Source of the DNA: an uncultured virus (IMG/VR IMGVR_UViG_3300009378_000005)
Lineage: Duplodnaviria; Heunggongvirae; Uroviricota; Caudoviricetes
IMG/VR virus record: IMGVR_UViG_3300009378_000005
Location: 56,159 to 76,158 of that record
Length of the DNA: 20,000 nt
Strand: one strand, 5' to 3'
Under the pieces are notes generated by a model that worked only from the letters and a program-made list of their open reading frames with translations, was not told the DNA's origin and ran no database searches. Of the stretch, positions 1 to 8,800 are shown piece by piece; the first letter of the stretch is position 1, and each line of letters begins with the position of its first letter. Position numbers and translations under genes: made by a program.

Positions 1-22
1 TTTCTGTATTTCCTCTCAGGCA
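1..22 (-). mobile_element. Start of a probable third portal intein (truncated by the window edge)
   Basis: After portal sequence LGYDEGLGAKATL the frame reads CLRGNTE, matching intein block A (C-L-x-G-[DN]-T) and resembling the CLTGDT start of intein 1. Only 7 residues are visible. Confidence 0.75.
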
Positions 23-3000
23 TAGTGTTGCCTTTGCACCCAGGCCTTCATCATAGCCTAGATATGCCTTAGGAATCTTTAACGCTGCAAATAGCTTCTT
101 CTGGATGTATTCGACGTCCTCGATAGCTGTTGCATTTGCCCCGCCGGCAAGTGTATCGATCTTGGTGCCTGACTCTCCGCCGCGAACGGGAAGATAATAA
201 TCCTCATCGACCGAATTCTTAATAAAAACCCCAGATTCTATTCTCTGATCATCAGAAAAGCATCTAGAATCGCCCGGAGTTGCAAAGTTATGGTAACCTT
301 CAATTGTTACTGCACCTACATTCTCAGTATGATCTAGAACCTCTACACATACAACTTTATGATTAGCATACGAAGCAGCTTGTTTCATCTCAGATCGTGT
401 TTTTCCAGACATCCACGTCCAGTAACAATCTTGTGAGCAAAATGTTTTATAGCTCTTTATATCTGTATCACAGCCCCGGCATGCAGAATTTGGCTTATTA
501 AATTTTCCGCCAGATAGATAGGTTGTATCAAATGATTTACCAGTATACCCGTGCGACTGCAGTATTCTCATAAAATCATATCGACTTATTCCAAAATGCC
601 TGATTATGTCATTTCTAGAAATGTTTATACTGTTACTAGCATATATTTCTATTTCTTTCCAAGGGGCACGTAATGAAGCATAATAATCTTTTACTTCTCT
701 TAGATTCTTGAACCCATTTTTTCTAAGTTGCTGTATGAATTGACCTTTTGACAATTTATCATTAAATCCATTTTCAAAATTTTCATTCAGAGACCTAAGA
801 TAAGAAGTAAAATTATTGTCATTATTTAACCAGGTTCTTACCTCATATTCTCTAGCAGACGTTGTTAGTTCATTTAATGCTTGGATTACATGGTGAATTA
901 ATTCAGAATTTGTTTTAAGAGTTAGAGCATTTACTCTTTTTTCTCTTATTTCACTATTTTGCCACATCTTTGTATAAATTTCTGGATTTAGCTTTCCAGC
1001 TTCCCAAAGATTGATCATGTTTTTTCTAGATGCTTTTCTTCCAGCGGACGACTTGTTTCTCTCTACGCAGTAATCTCCGTGAATCTTGTGATGTTCTTTC
1101 CATGTGCATGGATGCAAGTTATTAGGAGAGTTATTTGTTTTATCGAAATCTACATGATGAACAACTTTTCCTTTAATTGCTTCAAAACCAGATTCAGCTA
1201 TTATATTTGCTCGATGTGTATAAACATAATTTTGTGAATATGGATCATAGATCATTTCATATCCATCAATTACTCGCTTATCATCACCTTTCTTTGACCA
1301 GCGCTTGTATAGTGGCATCAATGCATCATTTTCGCTTAGATTCTGTGCTTCACAGTATTCTCCATTACGAAGCATGAATTTATGATCAGGAGTTACATCA
1401 AGCCATTTATTGTTATCTAAATGAACCCTTACTAATTTTGCATTTTCTTTTGTTATCCCCGCCCACATTACGCGGCCAGGAGCTAATTTCTTTCCATCGC
1501 GATCAATAGAATATACCCATTGATCTTTTTGGCCGTTACTTCTTTCTTCAATTAGATCTCCAAGAGTAATGTTTCGTCCATCTTGCAGGAATAGAAGTGT
1601 GTTCAATGAGTTACAAAGCGGGTTGTAGCGCAAATCGACGCGCCCTGTGTCCTTGTCCACAACAGACGCCTTCTTTAGTGTCGACTGCACCTGCTCCATG
1701 TATGTGGGAATATCCTCTGGTGGGACATTTCCAACATCAACGTAGAAGACTCTTCTCTCAGGAGACCTAACGATCCTGTACACGAGCATCGCATCCTCAA
1801 CAAGAATTAGCTGTCTCCAGATCCTTCTTGCAGACTCTAAAACAGACGACCCGTAAGGAAGAAATGCATCATTTCCTAATAGTCTCATGTGTGAGACCTG
1901 CCAGTTCTCCAGCGCCTGGTTTCCCTGGGTTATCCACCTGAATCTGACAGCTAGTGGGTCATCAGGATCATATCCCTCCTCCCTCTCGACCTCATTCACA
2001 GGCATCGGATATGCGTTGATAACACCGTGCTCAGGTGACACGTCATTAAAGAGAAAGAAGTCACCGTACTTGACAAGGCTCCTAACCCATGACGTCATGT
2101 TAAACTCAACATTCAAAGTATCGTAGAACAGCTCATGTAGTAGCTTCTTAATCGTCTGGTTGTCTGAGTGGATGTGTAGAACGTTTCCATGTTCATCTGC
2201 AGCAATTGACTCCTCAGAGTAGATATCCAGAGCTGAACTCACCTCCGGTGTGTACTCCATTTCGCTGTTTGAAACAAAACACATCTCCTTTTTTGTACTT
2301 GTGTCACAGACAGCAAAATTGTGTGTTTTTGTTACAGTTATGTCAAATACCGGCTCTACTATGTGTGTATTAACTACATTTATGATCTTATGATTAACAT
2401 ACAATGATTCAAAATCATCAAATGACTTATATCCTTCCCATTTTAATCTATTTAAAACTTTATACTTAGATTGGTTAAGCTTTTTAGACAAAACCGTCAG
2501 TGTATCACCAGAAACATATTCATCATAAATATTTTGAGCTGTAAAAGATCTATCTGCATTTGCATTTTGTAACGCTTTTTGATCTTGCCTGCCTTTGTTT
2601 CCTGTACCGGGGGGGTTTGTTTTATTTCTAAGGATCGTTTCTGCAACATTTTTTCTATAACCGTCAGTTAGCTTTCTTTTCGCAAGATTTTCTTTTTGAT
2701 TTTTACGAAGATCTCCTTCAAGAGACCATCTTAGTGTCATATGGCTAGATTGCTTTTCTCTTTCTTTCGGATCTTCAAATCTTTTATTGTTGATTCTTGC
2801 ATGCAATGCTAGGTGTTCCTTAGCATCCATTAGCTCAAGATTCTCTATTCTATTGTCTTCTTTTATAAAATTCTTATGATGAACATGTAATCCATCGGCC
2901 TTTTCTATTGAACGATTATTTGAATATTCTGCAACCAATACGTGCTCTGGCTTCCACCCCCTTGAAAAACCGTAAACCCAGCGATAATTTCCACCAGTTC

Positions 3001-3538
3001 TTTTAGAATCAAACTTCTTCCTGTAGAATGGCATAACAGCTGTATTGGGCTGGATCGCATCTGTTCGACAATACTCACCATTACGAAGCATAATCGGATG
3101 ATTTCCCGTACATCTAAGTGTAGTACCATTATCAAACGTTATTTCGTATATTTCATCTTCTACGGTTTGCCAGGCATTTTCTACAGGAGCTAATACAGTT
3201 GAATCTGTTTCTTTATCATATGAAAAGACACATACTGTTTCTCCATTTTCAAACTTAGATACAATATCTCGAATAGAGATTACACCTTCTTCAGTATTTG
3301 TTGCTATTAAAGTATCACCAGTCAAACAAAAATCCGAATACCTCGCCATTCTATCATACGTGCCATACGCAGACATTGCAGTGCTGTACACGTGACTCTG
3401 ATTTCTTCGAAACATGTCAAATGCTGACGAGGTGCCGCTTCCGCTTTCAAAGTCCTTCACCCTTCTCTTGATTACAGGGCCGCTTCTAAATAGAAGTGTT
3501 AGCCTTCTAAATAGACTCTGTGAATTTTTATCAGCCAT
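1..3538 (-). CDS. T4 gp20-like portal protein precursor with at least 3 inteins (3' end beyond the window; absent from the ORF track)
   Basis: Manual translation from ATG 3538 (MADKNSQSLFRRL..., upstream GAGAGGG, 14 nt after the terminase stop) finds no stop before the window edge. Exteins are 3538-3329 (70 aa), 2266-1616 (217 aa) and 214-23 (64 aa). They carry gp20-type motifs: EMEYTPEVSSALDI, EDAMLVYRIVRSPERRVFYVDVGNVPP, (S)VDEDYYLPVRGG..GTKIDTL.GG, and IEDVEYIQKKLFAALKIPKAYL. Confidence 0.95.
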   Translation of the reverse strand, partial: MADKNSQSLFRRLTLLFRSGPVIKRRVKDFESGSGTSSAFDMFRRNQSHVYSTAMSAYGTYDRMARYSDFCLTGDTLIATNTEEGVISIRDIVSKFENGETVCVFSYDKETDSTVLAPVENAWQTVEDEIYEITFDNGTTLRCTGNHPIMLRNGEYCRTDAIQPNTAVMPFYRKKFDSKRTGGNYRWVYGFSRGWKPEHVLVAEYSNNRSIEKADGLHVHHKNFIKEDNRIENLELMDAKEHLALHARINNKRFEDPKEREKQSSHMTLRWSLEGDLRKNQKENLAKRKLTDGYRKNVAETILRNKTNPPGTGNKGRQDQKALQNANADRSFTAQNIYDEYVSGDTLTVLSKKLNQSKYKVLNRLKWEGYKSFDDFESLYVNHKIINVVNTHIVEPVFDITVTKTHNFAVCDTSTKKEMCFVSNSEMEYTPEVSSALDIYSEESIAADEHGNVLHIHSDNQTIKKLLHELFYDTLNVEFNMTSWVRSLVKYGDFFLFNDVSPEHGVINAYPMPVNEVEREEGYDPDDPLAVRFRWITQGNQALENWQVSHMRLLGNDAFLPYGSSVLESARRIWRQLILVEDAMLVYRIVRSPERRVFYVDVGNVPPEDIPTYMEQVQSTLKKASVVDKDTGRVDLRYNPLCNSLNTLLFLQDGRNITLGDLIEERSNGQKDQWVYSIDRDGKKLAPGRVMWAGITKENAKLVRVHLDNNKWLDVTPDHKFMLRNGEYCEAQNLSENDALMPLYKRWSKKGDDKRVIDGYEMIYDPYSQNYVYTHRANIIAESGFEAIKGKVVHHVDFDKTNNSPNNLHPCTWKEHHKIHGDYCVERNKSSAGRKASRKNMINLWEAGKLNPEIYTKMWQNSEIREKRVNALTLKTNSELIHHVIQALNELTTSAREYEVRTWLNNDNNFTSYLRSLNENFENGFNDKLSKGQFIQQLRKNGFKNLREVKDYYASLRAPWKEIEIYASNSINISRNDIIRHFGISRYDFMRILQSHGYTGKSFDTTYLSGGKFNKPNSACRGCDTDIKSYKTFCSQDCYWTWMSGKTRSEMKQAASYANHKVVCVEVLDHTENVGAVTIEGYHNFATPGDSRCFSDDQRIESGVFIKNSVDEDYYLPVRGGESGTKIDTLAGGANATAIEDVEYIQKKLFAALKIPKAYLGYDEGLGAKATLCLRGNTE
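215..1615 (-). mobile_element. Portal intein 2 (467 aa) with HNH endonuclease, HTH-like segment and Cys4 zinc finger
   Basis: Junctions YNPL|CNSLNTLL ... VFIKN|SVDEDY. Block B VTPDHKF; block F NVGAVTIEGYHNFA. HNH motif VVHHVDFDKTNNSPNNL..CTWKEHHKIH at 1079-1165; C-x2-C-x10-C-x3-C at 425-481. Removing the insert gives RYNPL-SVDEDYYLPVR. Confidence 0.92.
2267..3328 (-). mobile_element. Portal intein 1 (354 aa) with HNH-type homing endonuclease
   Basis: Junctions YSDF|CLTGDTLI ... CFVSN|SEME. Block B CTGNHPI; block F PVFDITVTKTHNFA; +1 residue Ser. HNH motif HVHHKNFIKEDNRIENLELMDAKEHLALH at 2801-2887. Removing the insert gives YSDF-SEMEYTPE. Confidence 0.93.
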
Positions 3539-3552
3539 CTATGTCCCTCTCT

Positions 3553-5178
3553 CTACTTATACACCCATTCCCACTCTGAGAGAATGTTTAGTTTCTTATT
3601 CCACTCACCTGACAGCTTGCTCTTTTTGAAGTCATCTGGCTGCACCTTTGGATCTCTTGTTGCAGAGCTATATGGCCTCCCTTCTGTGATCGCACCGGGC
3701 ATGTCGTCGTATGTGTTTCTTGACACAGACATTGCCTTTAGCATTGCGCTGTTAAGAGACGATGCTGTCTGACTGTACTCTGAAGATGCATCATATAGCC
3801 ACATCGCGATGGCCATGCTCATAACTAGATCGTCATTGTACCCCTTCATCGCCTGTGCCTTTTGACCCTTCCACACGAACGTCTTTAGCTCGTCATAAAA
3901 TCTCGTTGAGTAGATCTTTATCTGCTTATTCCTTATTACCTCTTCGAGTTTTGCAAGAATTAGATTTCTACTCTTTCCTGAGGTTGTGAATCCTGCGATA
4001 TCACTATCCTTGCTGGGCACATAGTCCCCGACATACACTGCCTTTCTTCTCTTGTGATAAAGATTAGGATATTGCATTTCTTTTAGCTTTAAAACAGTTG
4101 CGTACCCATAGCTGTTATTTTCAGGGCATAGTAATGCCTTATTATATCTGTGGCCGAACTCGTGTAAAAGCTCTGCAAACTTATCTGGGGGTATCTTTCC
4201 CTTATATTCTGCAACACACTCACCTTCTGTAACGTCTATCACGTGAAATGTCGAATAGTCTCTTGAGTCACCTCTTGAGACGTCTGCAGATATGACATAC
4301 TGATGCTCTGATAGCGGATATCTCCATATCCACACATTCATATCATTGCCTGCCCTATCTATGGGAGGCTTGCACTCTAATCTTATCCAGTCTATCTCAC
4401 TGTCTGACAGGAATGTCTCACCCGATGATGCGAAGTCACAGAGATACTCCTGAGAGATCTGTCTCTGCGATAGGTTTTTAGTTGTCTCATTAAACCACGT
4501 CTCATCTCTCTCTGGGTGGATGTTCCATGGAAGCTTTATCGACCTGAACTCGTTTAATCCTGCCTCGGCATCAGTGTATAGCTTATAATACTGACCACCA
4601 ACGCCATTGGGTGTTGATAGTATGATGACTCGACCACCTGTAGAGATCGTGGGATATAATCCCATCCACAGCTCATCAAAATTTCTAACGAATGCTGCCT
4701 CGTCGATGATGAGAAGAGATAGCGCCTCAGATCGACCGGCATCGTCAGATGTCGGTATCGCCTTGATCGATGATCCGTGACTAAACTCTATCAGCTGCTT
4801 ATTGTTTGTGACGATCTCAGGTAAGACTAACCACTTAGGCAGACTTCTAATCATCGTCTTTACCTTGCTAATAAAATTTTGAGCAACTGATAATTTTGTT
4901 GCGATAATTAAAACATTCTTATCTTTCTGAAATAATGCCAGCCACACAGAGTAGGCTGCCACAAGAGTTGACATTCCTAGCTGTCTAGACTTAAGGATTA
5001 TTGAAAATCTCTCATCAATAAATGTTTCAACACAGTCATCCTGAAACGGGTATGTGTCAAACTGTATTAGACCGCGAACAGGATGCTGTATTTTTAAATA
5101 GTTGTTAAAGAAGTATACAGGATCTTTACCAGACTTAACGATCTCCTTTATCTGATTTGTCTTGTTTATTTTTGTCAT
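3553..5178 (-). CDS. terL: Terminase large subunit (T4 gp17-like)
   Basis: N-terminal DPVYFFNNY..I.HP and YPFQ adenine-binding motif, Walker A-like KSRQLGMST, Walker B LLIIDEAAF, motif C STPNG, and nuclease motifs ADVSRG and NDDLVMS. It lies immediately upstream of the portal. Confidence 0.95.
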   Translation of the reverse strand: MTKINKTNQIKEIVKSGKDPVYFFNNYLKIQHPVRGLIQFDTYPFQDDCVETFIDERFSIILKSRQLGMSTLVAAYSVWLALFQKDKNVLIIATKLSVAQNFISKVKTMIRSLPKWLVLPEIVTNNKQLIEFSHGSSIKAIPTSDDAGRSEALSLLIIDEAAFVRNFDELWMGLYPTISTGGRVIILSTPNGVGGQYYKLYTDAEAGLNEFRSIKLPWNIHPERDETWFNETTKNLSQRQISQEYLCDFASSGETFLSDSEIDWIRLECKPPIDRAGNDMNVWIWRYPLSEHQYVISADVSRGDSRDYSTFHVIDVTEGECVAEYKGKIPPDKFAELLHEFGHRYNKALLCPENNSYGYATVLKLKEMQYPNLYHKRRKAVYVGDYVPSKDSDIAGFTTSGKSRNLILAKLEEVIRNKQIKIYSTRFYDELKTFVWKGQKAQAMKGYNDDLVMSMAIAMWLYDASSEYSQTASSLNSAMLKAMSVSRNTYDDMPGAITEGRPYSSATRDPKVQPDDFKKSKLSGEWNKKLNILSEWEWVYK

Positions 5179-5558
5179 TATTCACAGAGAAACCTTGTTG
5201 ACCTTCTGTAATAGGCGACCTTCCTTGGTGTGTAAGGAGATGTTGTAATCATCTCGACACTGTCATCTGTATCCAGCTCTTTTAGCTTAAGAGATCTACT
5301 TACATCATTTTTGAATTCTTTTTTAATATTTTTGATGTATTCCTTGATTAACTTAACAGATTCTTCCTCAAAAACCTTAACCTGATCTCTCAGATTTCTT
5401 TCAGATGCTAGATGAACAACTGTGGTATATTTTAGTGTTAGTACTTCTCCGGCGAGCGACCCTTTAATTGACATGGTTGGAGACTTTACAGTTGAGCTCT
5501 TGCCAAATGTGTCGTTTAAAATTTGTCCAATACAATTAGTTTCTTCAAAGTTTAGCAT
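5178..5558 (-). CDS. Hypothetical protein (about 126 aa) coupled to terL
   Basis: The ORF track starts at GTG 5567; ATG 5558 (MLNFEE...) is the likelier start. The TAA stop overlaps the terL ATG (TAATG at 5176-5180). Confidence 0.8.
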   Translation of the reverse strand: MLNFEETNCIGQILNDTFGKSSTVKSPTMSIKGSLAGEVLTLKYTTVVHLASERNLRDQVKVFEEESVKLIKEYIKNIKKEFKNDVSRSLKLKELDTDDSVEMITTSPYTPRKVAYYRRSTRFLCE

Positions 5559-5577
5559 TATTATCACCCAATATAAG

Positions 5578-5585
5578 TATTTATC
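5578..5585 (-). promoter_or_regulatory. Candidate late-promoter element GATAAATA
   Basis: Lies in the short intergenic gap ahead of the hypothetical-terL-portal block, one mismatch from the T4 late promoter TATAAATA. The same octamer recurs at 15543-15550. Confidence 0.35.
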
Positions 5586-5589
5586 AAGT

Positions 5590-5844
5590 CTAGATTTGAA
5601 AACTAGGAGGAATTAGCTTTCTTTTTTTAATTTCCACATCTAGATCACGCTCTAACGGCCTCCAGCCTGCGATCCAGCGATCTCTATTTGGTTCGGCCCA
5701 CTTGATAGCACAGTCTGAACAACATTTATATCTAGTGTAATAGACATCGTCATCAGAGTTATTCATCACAAATCTGCATACAGGACAGAATAAAGGGGTT
5801 ATGTCTGACTCTCTTCCGTTAATGATGATAATTTCATCATCCAT
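5590..5844 (-). CDS. Small Cys-rich putative zinc-binding protein (about 84 aa)
   Basis: Contains CPVC...YKCCSDC..KWAE. Likely start is ATG 5844 (MDDEII...), overlapping the end of the SbcDC gene by 8 nt; the ORF track extends it to 5868. Confidence 0.75.
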   Translation of the reverse strand: MDDEIIIINGRESDITPLFCPVCRFVMNNSDDDVYYTRYKCCSDCAIKWAEPNRDRWIAGWRPLERDLDVEIKKRKLIPPSFQI

Positions 5845-8800
5845 GGAACACCATCGTATCCTTTTCATTTTTCAGTATCTCAAGAGAGTTATCAACAGCA
5901 TCTTTTATCGCATCAACGTGTGATATAACTATGATATTCTTGAACCACTTCTTAAGAGACTCAAGTAATCTGCTACAGGCCTCAATGCTTGTCTCATCAA
6001 GCGCACCGAACCCCTCATCAATAATTAGCATATTTGTCTTTGGAAGAGAGCTAACGTTGATCAGTGCAACTCTCATTGCAAGTGATGCCATCATCTTTTC
6101 CATTCCAGATGCTAGCTCAATTATCCTCTTTGAGTCACCATAGTCAATAAAGATATCCATTGCATTAGATGCAGGATCTGCAACTAACTCAACTGTAAAA
6201 CCTGTAACACCCTGGAGTATCTTTAATATCTCATCATTTATTAGGGGAAGCTGGGACATCATTATCTGGAGTGGGATTCCCTTTTTTGACATTGCCTGTA
6301 TAAACATATCATACATCTTGAGATCCCTTCGTATCTTATTAAATTCACTCTTTTCGCTCTTTAGCCTCGTTATCTCAACGTTGGCACGGGCTATCTCATT
6401 AGAACACGACAGCCTTTTTTCATCTAGGCGCTCTATCTCATCCCTTAGTGATGAAATGTTGCTTTTAAGTTTGATGCACTCTGATGATGACTCTTCGTCA
6501 ACTACCCTTATAAGCATGTCATCTAAGATTTTTAAATTTTCATCAACGATCCTTTCTGAATTTGATATCTTAGATTGCAACTCGCCCCTTTCAACTTCAA
6601 AGCTCGAAATTTTTCGAAGAATCTCGGCCTCCTTTTCAGAAATCTTATCAAACTTTTTAATCTTATCTTCTACGTTCTCTAGCTTTATTTTTTCAAATGC
6701 TTTTGTTGCCTTGGTTAAATTTTTAGACATACTAGAGACAGCAAGCTTTTGTGACTCAATGCTCTTTTTATCCTTGTGAGAGTCTTTAATGAACTTACAT
6801 GATGAAAACTCATCACCACACGGAACATCTAGTAGCTTTTTAACAGATCGTTTCTGACGACTGAGTATGTTTTTTTGAACCTCGCACTCGTGCTCAAGTG
6901 AGAGCAAAGATTTTTCAAGAGACGTCTGTGATGCCAAACTCTCTCTAAGCTTCTTGATCGGAAAGTCATTCTTTACACACTTAATTCTTAGCATTCTTTC
7001 ATTTTCTTTCTTTAGATTGTCACTTAAGACTCTTAGGTCTCTTTCATAACACTCTAGCTCATCTTTATTTTTGTTAACCTTCTCCCTGTGGTCTTTGACG
7101 TCAGACGGTGTAACAATATCAATTCCGCCTGTTGTTGCTAGCTCAATGCTTAGCCTCTCAAGGATTTCTCTTTTTGTCTTTATCGTACTCTCAGTATTCA
7201 CAAGACTTTCTTTATTTTTTTCAATGATTGATGTTTGATCATCAATTAACGAGTCCCAGTCCTCATGTTTCATCAGTCTGGCTTTTGATCGTGTATCAGA
7301 TGAGTCATTTTTTGCAAAATCATGAAGCTTATCAAATATGTCTAGATCAAGAAAGTTTGTCAATATCATTTTTCTTGCAGTTGCCTTTTCTCTAATGAAC
7401 GTATTCATCTGTCCCTGTGACGCAAGAGATGTCATTAAGAAATCTTCTGATGTTCCTATCATATTTCTAACAATCTTTTCAGTGTTTCTTCGTTGCTCAC
7501 CTGATAGGTCTGATACTATGTCGCCCGCGTCATCAATCTCATATAGGTAGAGGCTCGTTGTTGCATATGTGTCATTTTTTTTTGTTGTATTTTTGACAGT
7601 CTTTCTCTTTATTCTAAACTTTTTTCCATTCATGCTAAATTCAATTGTTGAGCTACAACTATTCTTTCTATTATTGATTACATGAATGTTTTTTATCGGA
7701 CCTCTGTCTGTAGTGTTAAATAAACCATACATCAATGATCCAATTATCGATGACTTTCCTTTTGTATTTTTTCCAAAGATTCCAGTTATTCCAGGAAGAT
7801 TATCAAAATTTACCATATTTCCAGAACCGTATGCAAACGTATTATTAAACTTAAAATTATTAATTTGCCACCTTACGTTTCTTAGCCTCTCATCCTCTAA
7901 CACTATTTGAGATAGATATTTGTCAATTAGATTATCAAATTTATCAAATGTTCCTTTTCTATGGCTAATGTTATCATAATATTCTCTAATCAGCCTTTTT
8001 TGAGCTTTTGCATCTCTTAAATTATCACCACTTACACTTTTTTTATTGTTAATTTCTGATGAATTAAATGTTGTTTCAGACTTAAACACGACCTCAGATG
8101 CAGACTTAAACGTTAACAGCTCATTTTGAACCTGTCTTGATGTTGCCTGTGTCATACTTTGGTCAGATCGTATCCTGAACCTGGAACCGTTTGGATACTT
8201 TGCAGATTCTATTAATGTCTTTTTAACGCTTCCCTTCCAGTCAATCGTTATAAATGGCTTACTGTGTGGTATCTCATGAAAAGAAACATCGAAGTCATCC
8301 TTTCCCCTGATATCCCAAAATAAAAACCCCTTGCCGACCGACTCACCGTAATTTTGCTGAATTTGTGACCCGCAATAGGCTATCTTTTTATCATCAGTTA
8401 AGAATTGAACATAGTGAATGTCAGCTAAAAGAGCATAGTCATAATCATCAAAAAAGTTTGCTGTTATCTCACCTTCAAGCTCCCAATTTGAATCAGTCTT
8501 AGAACCCTGAACACATCCGTGAAATAGTGCTATATTTACATCATCGTCAGTCGGTTTGACATCTTTCCAGCCTGGCTCATCAAAGCATGAAAATACGTTC
8601 CAGCTAAATCCAGGATGATCTACTATGGGATATGTTCCTGAATCCTTATAAAGATATATGTTTGGATCATTTAATGCTGACAGTATCGGTGATATCGCAT
8701 CCTGTCTAGACTTATTCAAAAGAAGGCCGTCATGATTTCCAAGAATCACATGGACAGGTGCGATCGACGACAGCTCCCTAAACCACCAACAGATGTTGTC

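Noticed and set aside
215..3328. Self-splicing group I introns with HNH genes as the explanation for the portal inserts
   Set aside because: Both inserts are exact multiples of 3, stop-free, in frame, and bounded by Cys...Asn|Ser with intein blocks B and F.
3483..3515. 12-bp direct repeat CTTCTAAATAGA (3483-3494 and 3504-3515), the first copy part of a short inverted repeat
   Set aside because: Only two copies, 21 nt apart, inside the portal CDS and explained by the repeated peptide LFR; no array structure.
1..3538. Apparent non-coding or pseudogene region, or stop-codon reassignment, suggested by the lack of a long ORF in the track
   Set aside because: The minus frame is open under the standard code and was missed only because its stop is outside the window. 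TAA, TAG and TGA all end genes at sensible positions elsewhere in the window.
2609..8044. Homopolymer runs (G7 at 2609-2615, T9 at 7575-7583, T7 at 8038-8044) as frameshift or phase-variation sites
   Set aside because: The reading frames are intact through each run, they encode ordinary Pro or Lys codons, and I saw no useful alternative-frame product.
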